Of a DNA stretch of 64,000 nucleotides, positions 53,760-64,000 are shown piece after piece. Location of the stretch: the NCBI RefSeq assembly GCF_006345805.1, contig NC_042997.1:310001-374000 (forward strand). The letters are read 5' to 3'. A program made the position numbers and the translations under genes. The notes under the pieces are model-generated. The model saw only the letters and a program-made list of their open reading frames with translations. It made no database searches and was not told the DNA's origin. Every line of letters begins with the position of its first letter. Positions within the stretch are counted from its first letter, which is position 1. This stretch comes from Octopus sinensis. Its lineage: Eukaryota.

Positions 53760-54300
53760 GGCTACAAATATCTCTGATATTGTATGACAATCTCCGTACA
53801 AGAAATGCACTTTTGGAACCTGATATATGAACGCAGACAGACTCCTTGTGAAGAAGAGCCATAAGAATGTGCACAGTGATTTGCGAGTTATTATGTTCAT
53901 TTTCTTTGTTCTTGGAAGAAGTATGGCTTTATAGTTTGTAGGATTTGAAAAATGAAAGGATAAAAATCTGCGATGCCAAACTGGGTGAACCTAGTTTCGT
54001 GTTTGTTATGAATATATCTAAACCAGTTTATTGCTGCACTGTTGCTTTTCATTTGTTGGAATCGGGCTTTCTTCCTAATGCTATTATTAATTTTCCTAAA
54101 GATTTTTTCAGTTATATCTTTGTTGTAACTGGAATTATTAATCTACAGTTAGGTGCGGATGAGAAACTTTTTGTAGTACATAATATTGAGATATGCTTTG
54201 CGCTTCACTTAGACATTCTTTTCTAATTTCAATTTCTCAGTTATGTTTTTGCTTCCATTTTTGCGTTGCTACAATTTTCTGCGCTAAACTTCCTTTAGTT
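53760..54300 (-). mobile_element. Decayed PLE RT N-terminal fragment
   Basis: RLIIPVTTKI.LKKSLGKLI.. resembles the PLE CRLINPAKSEIGKISK region. Confidence 0.45.
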
Positions 54301-54929
54301 GTAAGTGATTTTCTTATATTGTACTTCTTTATCGAATTTCTTTTCCACTTTGTATAGATTTTATGTAATATATGAGAAAAGGAAAGTATTATTAGATTTT
54401 TCAAAATTCTTAATGTGCAGCTAAATTAATTCTAAACACTATTGGCGTATGTATCTATTGAAGAGAAAACTGGAAACCATATCTAAGAGATAAGTTTCGA
54501 ACGGTGCTAGGTATTTCAAATTTAATAGGGTAACTGCTTACATGTCTTCTTATCGTATTTGACATTAGCAAGTTTTTTTTCAGAATCGTTAACGAATTTC
54601 CTCCATTTTATGTATTCAACTAAATCTATCCATAGTCACTTGCAGTCTCTTAGTGTAGTAAGTATTTCTTGGAGTGGAATACTCAATGTTACATAAATCT
54701 ATACTTGGAGGTTGTTTATGCAAAGTGTGCTACTTTTTGGTGTTTCGTCAAGCGTACGATACGGTCACCACTATCTCTCTGCACAAAGCCAAGAACTTCA
54801 TATAAATGTATAGTGAAATCTATGTATTGGTAAGCCATGTTTGGTTAGAACAACATTTACCTTGATGGACGCTATGATCGTGGCTAATGCACTGAAGACA
54901 GTTGGTTATAGAAGACCCGGGCGTGTAGA

Positions 54930-55150
54930 AGTTTGAGTGAACCCACTCTTTTTTCCAGGACACCGCTATTCATAAATTGCTTCGATTTTCGTAAATGCGT
55001 ATTTAAAATAACATTTAAAGTGTAATTTCGCATCAAATTTGAGTGAACCCACGCTCTTTTCCTGGACACCGCTATTCATAAATTGTTTCGATTTTACTGT
55101 CGTAAATACGTATTTAGAAACAATGTTTAAAGTGTAATTTCGCATCAAGT
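54930..55150. repeat. Tandem duplication of about 105-110 bp
   Basis: tttgagtgaaccc..ggacaccgctattcataaattg..gtgtaatttcgcatc occurs twice consecutively. Confidence 0.85.
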
Positions 55151-55629
55151 TCAAGTAGTGGAGAGTATAACGAAATGAAAGATGTTGAAGAAAATATAGG
55201 AAACAGATCGCACAAAAAAATGTGACAGAACATTATGATATAAAGACATGTAAATGCTCCCCGATTAAAGAAGTATAACTAATACAAGATTAACAAAATT
55301 CCCTTCAGAAGTATACAAATACATTTTTGAATGAGTTTAGCTCCTTATAGAAGAATTCCAGTAATCTATGTATGCTTTTAATTGATATACTAAATAACCT
55401 ATATGGAGTAGACGATAATACACATGAACGAGTACGAATTAAAAAAAGAATTCCAAAGAATTATTGATACTATTATGTAAACTTATAGTAACATAAAGCC
55501 ATAGCTCAGAAATTGCAATTAGTTTATATCTAAGAAAGTCTTACTCAGCATGAAGCATAGCTGAATCTTAACGACCACGCATACAAATACAAACGAACAC
55601 GACAAAAATCTGCTGTAATCTGAAATGGA

Positions 55630-55860
55630 TTAATACATTCAGCTAAAACAGTGATAGGCTATATCTGTGAAAAAAACTTCAGTAAAAATAATAGTAGCAT
55701 TAAGAAGAAAACCAAATTCCAAAATAGAAGAAAAGTAGTACGATAATGCATTGTACCGAGCTATAAAGTAATAGTACCGAAATATAAATAACCAAACGCT
55801 TCTAGCTTCAATTTTATATTGAAGGTTTCTATCCAATCATTCCTGCTCATTAGAATTTTA
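55630..55860 (+). mobile_element. Decayed PLE RT fragment
   Basis: AKTVIGYICEK..SIKKKTKFQ..F.IEGFYPII resembles AKSEIG..W..FDI.DFYPSI. Confidence 0.45.
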
Positions 55861-55914
55861 GACGCCAGAAGACACAAAAGCGCTGAAAAAACACTCCTTA
55901 AGTTATGTAAATAG

Positions 55915-56770
55915 TAATATTCCTCTAATGCTGTTATCATCTAAATGGCAATTCCGTCTGGTCCATTTTTATGTTTGCCTGTACTTAAACTGCATAAACT
56001 TTGAACCCTCATTGGGGTCAGGAAAACTAGGCAAGGTTGCTCTCGCATCATGATATAAATCTCCTATACACTCTATCCATTTAAGCAAAATGTCAAACTT
56101 CTCAACCAGTATGTACTATCTTTTACTCTTATACAGCCAGAGTTTGAGCATCCTGACTTCCTGCCAGAGATCTCATCTTCGGATGTACTTTGTATCCTAG
56201 CAGAAATTGTCTTTCAATTTCTTCATTGTCCATTCAGCCAAGCCTTTTTAGCCTTCTTACACTTCCGTTTAATCAGTCTATCTAGCTCTCTATACTTTTT
56301 CGATTCCCTGTTCCTGATCTGTCTTTTACTCACCTTTGAAAGGCTTCCGTTTCTTTTTTTTTTATTCCTTAGCATTCCTGGGCTGTTTCAAGTAAGGTGA
56401 CATTATCAATCAACAGATTAAATCCGTTCTATACATTGCCAGAATACTCCACCAGCACCTCTTATTCAGCGGCTTAATAAAATTCAGGTTCTTTGCAGCT
56501 CTTCCTCTCTTCAACTTCCTTTATATACATTGGAATGTGCATGCCTTTTGTACATGGTTGCTCCTACAGTCTTCTCCTGAGTATGTTTTTGCATGGTCTA
56601 CTGATTTCTAAAATTTGTTATTGATGGATATATAATCAATCTGGTTTCTCGAGATATAACCATAGTCTTTCCGTGTGTAAATTGTAGGGTGCTCCTTAAA
56701 CATGTGTTCGTAATAACCATCGTCATTGCGGAGGAATATAGAATTATATAGTTTCCATCCGGATATTGTA
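55915..56770 (-). mobile_element. RTE LINE fragment (APE end, linker, start of RT), inverted relative to 57211-57482
   Basis: Minus strand: RNQIDYISINNKF.KSV.HAKTYSGEDC.S.H, then CIGDLY, then PDGIAI.MITALEEY. Confidence 0.7.
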
Positions 56771-56772
56771 CG

Positions 56773-57210
56773 ATGGGTTGTGCCTTCTTCTCAGATCGCT
56801 CCTTCCAAGTTAATGGTTCGCTGTCCGACGTCTACAGTGCGAGCAGTGGCGTGCCTCAAGGTTCAGTGATTGGGCCCTTATTGTTTTTAGTCTTCATAAA
56901 TGACTTCCCTGACGACCTCACACAACACACCCTTCTATTTGCCGATGATTCCAAACTGGTCGCCCCTCGCGGTGATATAGATGATCTTCGTCGATGCCTC
57001 CACCAAGTTTGGAGATGGTCTAACGAGTGGGACCTGTGTCTGAAAGTGTCAAAGTGCTGTCAGCTGCCTGTTGGCTCCTCTCCTGCAACTCAGCTTGATT
57101 TCGAGCCGGGTCGTCTGCTGCTGGAGAGGACCGACCAGGTAAAGGACCTGGGTATCTTGGTGGATTTCTCTTTTTCGCCTTCGGCCCAGTGCGTCCATTC
57201 TGCCAAGAAA
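56773..57210 (+). mobile_element. CR1-like LINE RT fragment
   Basis: Open frame with SGVPQGSVIGPLLFLVFINDF, LLFADDSKL, VKDLGILVD. Confidence 0.9.
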
Positions 57211-57482
57211 GTGTTAAACCGATTTTTTCTTGCACTTCCGTAGAAATCAGGAATCGTGAATTGTGAACAATATCGCACGATTTGTCTCATGAGTCACATT
57301 ACAAAGATCATTCTGAGAATTTTACTTCTGTGGGCAAGAAGCAGAATAAGACCCGAGATTGGAATTGAAGAGTTTAGTTTTCTAAAGAGAGCTGGTGCCA
57401 GGAATGCTAATTTAAATTGATCGAGAATGATAACGGAGCGGCCGGTGGAAATGTAAAAAGACATCTATATGTACTTCATAGC
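57211..57482 (+). mobile_element. RTE LINE RT fragment
   Basis: FLALP*KSGIVNCEQYRTICLMSHITKIILRIL..RIRPEIG..KDIYMYFI. Confidence 0.8.
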
Positions 57483-57558
57483 CGTGAAAATGTTTAGCGG
57501 CTTTTTGTCTGTCTTTATGATGGGAGTTCAAATTCTCCCGAGGTCGACTTTCAAAAAT

Positions 57559-57606
57559 ATTTTTGATAAGGTTCGTTTTCTCAAGAAGAACCGAAACATG
57601 TAAAAT
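57559..57606 (+). ncRNA. Minimal type I hammerhead ribozyme candidate (U3-A8 variant)
   Basis: TTGATAA 57563-57569; stem II GGTTC/GAACC; GAAA 57593-57596; palindromic ACATGT; GUA site; stem I ATTT/AAAT. Confidence 0.65.
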
Positions 57607-57708
57607 TTCTAAGAAAATTAAAATTTATCTTATATAGTGGCGTTTTCAAACGTCTTTTTTTATAAATACATACCCACTCGTATACCAACTACACTTATTA
57701 TAAATATA

Positions 57709-57775
<67 letters not shown>

Positions 57776-58672
57776 TATATACTATCCACAGCCCCTAATA
57801 GACAGTGCAATCCAACGGGTACTTAAATTAAGTATAGAAGACCTGAGACAACAAAACCAAAAAAGAAAGAACAATTAAAAACCCTCCCTACATCTCTACA
57901 CACAACCCACTCAACAATGAGGCCTTCAACACCATACTACAAAGCACAGCCCTACTAAAGGGAGACCCAAAGATGAACCGGATCCTCGAAACACACACCA
58001 TCATTAAAAGTAAACGGCAACCAAAATCCTTGAAAAGGATTTTAACCCAAGCTACACTGCACTCAACATCAACCACAAAACCAGCAGTTAGAAAATGTGG
58101 AAGGCCCAACTGCGGAATCTGTGTCATCTTGAAAGAAGGATCAGAATTTATACTGGAACAAGGCCACCAGTTCACCATTAGAACAAACTTCACCTGCGCA
58201 TGAGAAAACTTAATTTACGTCATAACATGCGCAGGCTGCAATAGGCAGTATATAGGCCATACAAAAAATAGCTTACGTAACAGGATAGCGGTGCATAAAT
58301 CACAAATTAGAAACCCTGATTACCGCAAAATACCGGTCAACGGACACATAGATAGATGTGCTGGAAATGTAAATCCGAAATTTACAACTAACCCGCTCTA
58401 TAAATTCAGTGACAACGCAACCTTCACACAACGCCAAAATAAAGAACTATTTCATAAAAAAATTTAGACCAAGTTTAAACACCCTGGGCCAGGAATACTA
58501 AAACAAAAGATAAGTCCTCCGAAAAGGAGAACCAAAATTCACCACGGCCGCTACTTCAAACAGACACTCACTCTGACGGAAATATGCCTTAGTAAAAAAA
58601 AAGGAAAAAAATTCTTTCGTGCAAATCTGACCCTGATACATACGATACAGCTAAGGGTCAGACCCGATTCTG

Positions 58673-59041
58673 ATTGGTCAACAAGTTGATGACGTCTAGC
58701 TCTGCTAGAATGGACAGGATACAAACAGGGGACAGTCATTAGTCAGAATATTGATGACGTCCTTTTCTGCTTGAATAGTCACTAACAAGTACAGACAGGG
58801 GGCAGATCTAATGTAGCTATAAGTCGTGATTGGGCAGAATCTGGATGACGTCCCGCTATGCTTGACTAACGAAGCGACTGGTCAAGACAGGAAACAAACA
58901 AGAGGGAGTTATAATGCAGCGATTGGTCAAAATAATGATGACGTCCCGTTCCCTTGATTAAAGCCACCTAACGAAACGATTGGTCAAAACATTGATGACG
59001 TCACGCTACGCTAGATTGACCACCTAACAGGCATTATAAAA
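58673..59041 (+). promoter_or_regulatory. Array of five ATTGG-N9-TGATGACGTC modules followed by TATAAAA
   Basis: Modules start at 58673, 58738 (ATTAG), 58829 (GGATGACGTC), 58922 and 58979; TATA box at 59035-59041. Confidence 0.6.
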
Positions 59042-59376
59042 CCGAGCATTTCACAAAAAATCACTAGAACCACCCAGCGAACTTCCACCATGGGTCATCA
59101 CAATTGCTTAAGGTAAAAATGAATTCCTCGCTTTCGGAAACATCAATCTTCTGTATTGACCGCTTTCCACCACTTTGATCTGTTTTTGTATTGAATACGT
59201 ATCGCCACCGTGGGCCACTGCATCGAACACTTTGAACATATACTTCAAACTATATATCAAATATACATGAACTATATATCAACTATACATGAACTCTAAG
59301 ATGTCTGACTCCGTTGTGTATTATAAATGAATTTCTTGTGTTTGACGGCATGAGCTGTCTCTTTTTATATATAACT

Positions 59377-59418
59377 TTTTTTGATAAGGTTCATTTCAGG
59401 AACTGAAACATGTTATAA
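59377..59418 (+). ncRNA. Degenerate minimal HHR, same family as 57559
   Basis: TTGATAA 59381-59387, GGTTC/GAACT, GAAA, ACATGT, H17=U; weak stem I. Confidence 0.45.
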
Positions 59419-59498
59419 TGTATATATAAAAATTAAAAATTGTATAATACAGCAGCATTTTCGAACTTCATTTTTTACAAATATATATATATATATAT

Positions 59499-59537
<39 letters not shown>

Positions 59538-59544
59538 ATATATA

Positions 59545-60828
59545 CGAGGGGCGTTCAATAAGTAATGCCCCTGACCCACTTCCCATAGCAGTAGAGCAAC
59601 GAAACTTGGCACAGTTATTAGTCTTTTTCTACATAGGAACCACCCAGAGTTACGCATTTCTCCCATCGTTTGATGCGGCTCTAGAGACCGTTTTTGTAGA
59701 AGAACCCAGCTTGGTCCTCCAACCTCAACGTGACTTCAGAAATCAAGGCTGCAACATCTGGGAAGCGCTTTCCTTTCAAAAACAACTTCATGATTGAAAG
59801 AGGTGAAAATCAGAGGGTGCAAGGTCAGGAAAGTAGGGGGGATGGGGAGGAGTTCATAGCCATACGCCTGTGCTTCTGATCTGGCGAGAAGCGAGTTGTG
59901 GACCGGAGTGTTGTCCTGCAGGAGGAGGATGCCTTTGCTGATCTTGCCCCGCCTCTTGATTTTGATAACTTCTCTTAATTTCCTCAAAAGTGAAGCATGA
60001 TAGGCTCCTGCAATTGTGGTACCCTTTGCCAGGAAATCTGTCATCACTACTCCGTCCTGGTCCCATGTGAGCATGACCTTGCCAGCGGAGGGCTGCACCC
60101 TTGCCTTCTTTGGAGGGGGTGAGTCACGGTGCTTCCACTGCATTGACTGGGCTTTGGTCTCTGGATCATCGTGATGGACCCAGGTTTCATCCTGTGTAAT
60201 CAGTCTTTTGAAAAATCTTGACTCATCTTCTTGGCACATCTCCAAATTCACCCTCGAGCACTCGACGCGTTCTTGCTTCTGGAAAGGTGTGAGCAACCTG
60301 GGAATCCATCTGGCAGACACCTTTTGCATATGCAAATGGTCATGAATGATAGTTTCCACAGACCCGGTACTAATCTTGACCTCATGCGCTATTTGGCGAA
60401 TAATTATGCGTCGATCTTCCAAAATGGTAGCCTCAACTTGACGGACAGATGCCTCATCAATCGCAGAAGGGGGCGACCAGATCTGGGAGCTGTTTCCACA
60501 GAGTTCCGACCATGTTTGAATTCACGATGCCAGCGTTTTACAAGGTCATATGATGGGGCATCATTACCATAAGTTACTTTCATTTCATCAAAAGTCTCCC
60601 GTGGTGTGCGTCCTTTCAAATACAAAAACCGGATCACTGCTCGACACTCAACAGGCTCCATTTCACACTTGACTCAGTTCAAACACATGTAAATCAGACA
60701 CCACAATTAATTCAGAGCTGTAATTTGCCACTTACTCTATAAATATATAAATGATTGCACATGCAAAATTTCAGCTAGATCAAACAACTGCAAGTGGGTC
60801 AGAGGCATTACTTATTGAACGTCCCTCG
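59545..60828 (-). mobile_element. Near-intact mariner (1284 bp, irritans-like), frameshifted DD34D transposase 60661->59618
   Basis: TA TSDs; about 37-bp TIRs cgaggg(g/a)cgttcaataagtaatgcc(c/t)ctgacccactt; WIPRLL, ITQDETW, LLQDN-x34-PSD. Confidence 0.95.
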
Positions 60829-60834
60829 TATTTA

Positions 60835-61322
60835 TACACCTTCTATAATAATAACTACTGAGTTTCTTAATCCTTTGGCTCCTCCTGGAATAACTTCTCA
60901 CAAACTGATATTGAAGAAAGGAGTTCCAATCATGCTATTGAGAAATCTCCATCTCCCAAAACTGTGCAATGGAACACGACTGATTGTCAGGCAAATACAT
61001 CCACATCTTTCGGAAGCAACAATCTTCACTGGACAAAGAAAGGGAGAAAATGTGTTTATTCCAAGGAATTCTACTGACTCCAGCAGTCATGCCCTTTAAA
61101 TTCAAAAGTCTTTAATCTTCGGTAAAAGTTAGTTGTGCAATGTCAATTAAAAAGAGTCAAGAATAATCACTCTAACTTGTTAGGCGTCACCTCATGCAGC
61201 AGTGCTTTTCTCATGGCCAGCTCTATGTTGCTTGTTCCAGAATTGGAAATGACAGCAATCTCTTCCTACTCACACCAAATGGTAAAACTAAGAATATTGT
61301 TTATCCTACTGCTTTACAGTGA
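60835..61322 (+). mobile_element. Helitron RepHel PIF1-helicase C-terminal fragment
   Basis: TEFLNPLAPPG..KLILKKGVPIMLLRNL..LCNGTRLIV..VFIPR, then frameshifted FSHGQLYVACSRIG..KTKNIVYP..*. Confidence 0.9.
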
Positions 61323-61449
61323 TCTCCAAATATCAAGAGGAAACGAAATTCTCTAAATGTGATACTCTGTGATACCAATAAATACTTCATTATAATTCCT
61401 TACTCTGGTTTCAGGCCACAGGCCCAATTACCCTCCATTGAAACCAGGA

Positions 61450-62050
61450 GAAAAGCCCCGAAGGAGTCGTGGTACTTGCATCTCTTCCATTTATATGCTT
61501 CCTCATACCATTCTTCCGATACGATTGTAAGCTTGATCAGGCGTGTCTTCTTTGCCTTCTCAAACTAAAGAACTAATGAGAGATTAGTGTATGACCCGAG
61601 GAAGCTCCGTTTCTTATAATCCTTGTAAACATAAGTACATGATTTCTTTGTCCACAAGAATTAGAAACTATTAATACTTGTTTTCTCTGACCAGGTATAT
61701 ATTTGAAAATGCACCAAAGAGTGATATGTGGATTATATGCCAATGTTTTGGTTGCATAAATAATTTCAGATCACTGCTTCCAAGTCATGGCATATTGTTT
61801 TTTGATCGAAATAAACTTTATGAACAATCTGCGATTAAATGCAGATTGAAGTATGATTGCTCTCCTGCGCCTACGCACCTTGTTTTTGCAAAGTGGGATA
61901 CTTTTGAACTTTAGTCAGACAATCTAGGTATTGCCATCTTATACTGGTTTGATGTTGGAGTGCTTTTTTCAGTCAGATTTTCGAATTGCCAGCATCCAAT
62001 GTGTCTTACTGCTTCAATGGTACGTAGAGAACAATGCTGATATTCGTCCA
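61450..62050 (-). mobile_element. Possible Sola-like DNA transposase remnant
   Basis: Fragments SNSCGQRN (cf. DNCxGQNKN), GHT, EKAKK..EEW on the minus strand; heavily decayed. Confidence 0.35.
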
Positions 62051-63146
62051 GAAGGAACATTCAATCAGGTGTGTCTGTGTATTGTGTATGTGTGTATTTA
62101 TGCATGTGGATATATACTTGAATACATATATAAATATCAAAAGAAGCAAAAGATGTATCCAGAGGTAATGCAGTACGATCGTTTCAAGCAACTCCATTAG
62201 ATATACAAATATATATATATAAATATATATATATATACATATATATATACATATATATATATACATATATATATACATATATATACATATATATAATATA
62301 TAAATATATGCATATATACATACATATATATACATACCTATATATATATGTATATATACATGCTTATTATTTAATTCAATGCCAGGCATCCATTCCCAAG
62401 TAAGTTTACCTTAACCTATTTGATGCAACTCTACTGTATACTGTTTCCTTCCCTATCTTCTCTAATTCCCCCTTTTTCCCCTCACCGTACTCTATTTTCA
62501 TCTCTTTTCCCCTTTCTCTTTTTTCTGTCTCGTTGTTCACACGTGACCATCCTCCATCTTTTATTTCGTCACCTGTCCATCTTTCTTTCTTGCACAGATT
62601 TTCTTAGGACTGGACGTCTCCTATCTCTCAGTTCTATTTTTTCTCTTTTCAAAGAAAATATTTCTCTCAACGTTCACTATTTTCGTTCTTGTTCAGGTCT
62701 AACGATCGTCCATGATTGTTTCCGTTCGGTTTCTCTATATATCTCCACTGTACGGTTTTGGCTCTAACTTTGACGCTCCATAAATCTAAAATTTTATTTT
62801 GTGATTTATAGGAGCAACTGTCTTCGAATACACATATTGTCGTTGATTGCTTGAAATTGGGAGTACATAGACAGTCTACAACTGATGAAGGGTCATTCTT
62901 TGTATTACTTAACCCTTTTTCTTCCGATATTTGTGTATTTCACTCATTTGTTTTCGTATTTCATGTTGTTTACTGTTGGTGACGTTCTGTACCCATATAT
63001 GCATATATATATATATAATAAAAACTTACTTGGAGAAATAAGAAAGTGACTCCAGGCGTTCAATCATATAATAACAATTTAACAAATAAAACATATGCAT
63101 ACATACATATATGTACATACCAAAATCTATATGTATATATACATGC

Positions 63147-63177
<31 letters not shown>

Positions 63178-63191
63178 ATATATATATATGC

Positions 63192-63223
<32 letters not shown>

Positions 63224-63410
63224 ACATATATATGTAGGTATGTACATATAGGTATGTATGTATGCATATGTTTTATTTGTTAAATTGTTATTATATATAT
63301 ATATATATATACATATGTATACATATATATGTGTATGTATATATATATATATATATTATATATATATATGTGCATATGCATATACATACATACACACACA
63401 CACACACACG

Positions 63411-63442
<32 letters not shown>

Positions 63443-63888
63443 ATATATATATATATTATATATATATACATATCCACACACACATTCACACACACATATA
63501 AATGATAAAATAAATTTACGATCTGTTGGATCCTCTGGGCTGGAAGCGAGATGGGAAAGTCAACATTCGTTATATAGAATTCGCGTGAAAAATTGTAAAT
63601 GTTAAATTTTACTCTTAGTTGACCTAAAGAAAACTGTTTGTTAATGATGATATTCTTTTGTTCAACAATGTCTGTAACAGTGGTAGGGAACCTCATCCCA
63701 TGTGTTACGCGCACACCCACACACGCATCATTCCAATTATCTGTAAGTCGGAGCTTTTTGTATGCAAACATATATATATATTTATATATTTGCATTTTTT
63801 GTATTTATTGTATCAAACATACCTTGTATTTACTCCTCTACACTACGAGGTGTATTATATGCAGAGAATATCCATGAACTATATATAT

Positions 63889-64000
63889 TGGAGTGGCTGT
63901 GTGGTAAATTGCTTACCATGCACATAGTTCTGGGTTCATTCCCGCTGCGTAGCACTTTGGGTAAGTGTCTTCTACTATAGGCTCGGGCCGACCAAATCCT
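63889..64000 (+). mobile_element. CORE-like tRNA-derived SINE, cut by the window edge
   Basis: ggagtggctgtgtggtaa..gggttcattccc..ttgggtaagtgtcttctactatag. Confidence 0.85.

Larger units (their letters stand above)
57790..59470 (+). mobile_element. Penelope-like element 3' portion (GIY-YIG endonuclease plus long terminal region)
   Basis: KCGRPNCGIC..FTCA*ENLIYVITCAGCNRQYIGHT..RNRIAVHK (57888-58460), followed by regulatory array and HHR-like end. Confidence 0.85.

Noticed and set aside
62882-62930. CTGATGA-AGGGT..ACCCT hairpin
   Set aside because: No GAAA or stem III downstream.

Overview
Repeat-saturated, AT-rich eukaryotic DNA, probably intronic or intergenic. The tRNA-derived SINE families and the dense (TA)n/(CA)n/(CATA)n microsatellites resemble an octopod cephalopod; that is an inference from recalled repeat patterns, not a database match. 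I recognise no intact host gene, rRNA, true tRNA or CRISPR array, and most ORFs in the supplied track are microsatellite artefacts or antisense to transposons. The window holds about a dozen tRNA-derived SINEs, four mariner copies (one nearly intact with TIRs), a hAT remnant, non-autonomous Helitrons plus a Helitron helicase fragment, RTE and CR1-like LINE fragments, two R4/Dong-clade RLE retrotransposons embedded in (CATA)n, and many Penelope-like element (PLE) fragments. The most striking signal is a set of hammerhead-ribozyme (HHR) motifs in several unrelated PLE-type termini, some in long fold-back palindromes. The best case is a 337-bp-arm, ~98% identical palindrome (34896-35608) with a canonical-core type I HHR on each strand. 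Others are a minimal HHR with U3-A8 covariation (57559-57606), a tRNA-headed element with a decayed HHR tail, and a PLE terminal region with five ATTGG-N9-TGATGACGTC modules ahead of a TATA box. All alignments and folds were done by eye; coordinates of decayed elements are approximate.
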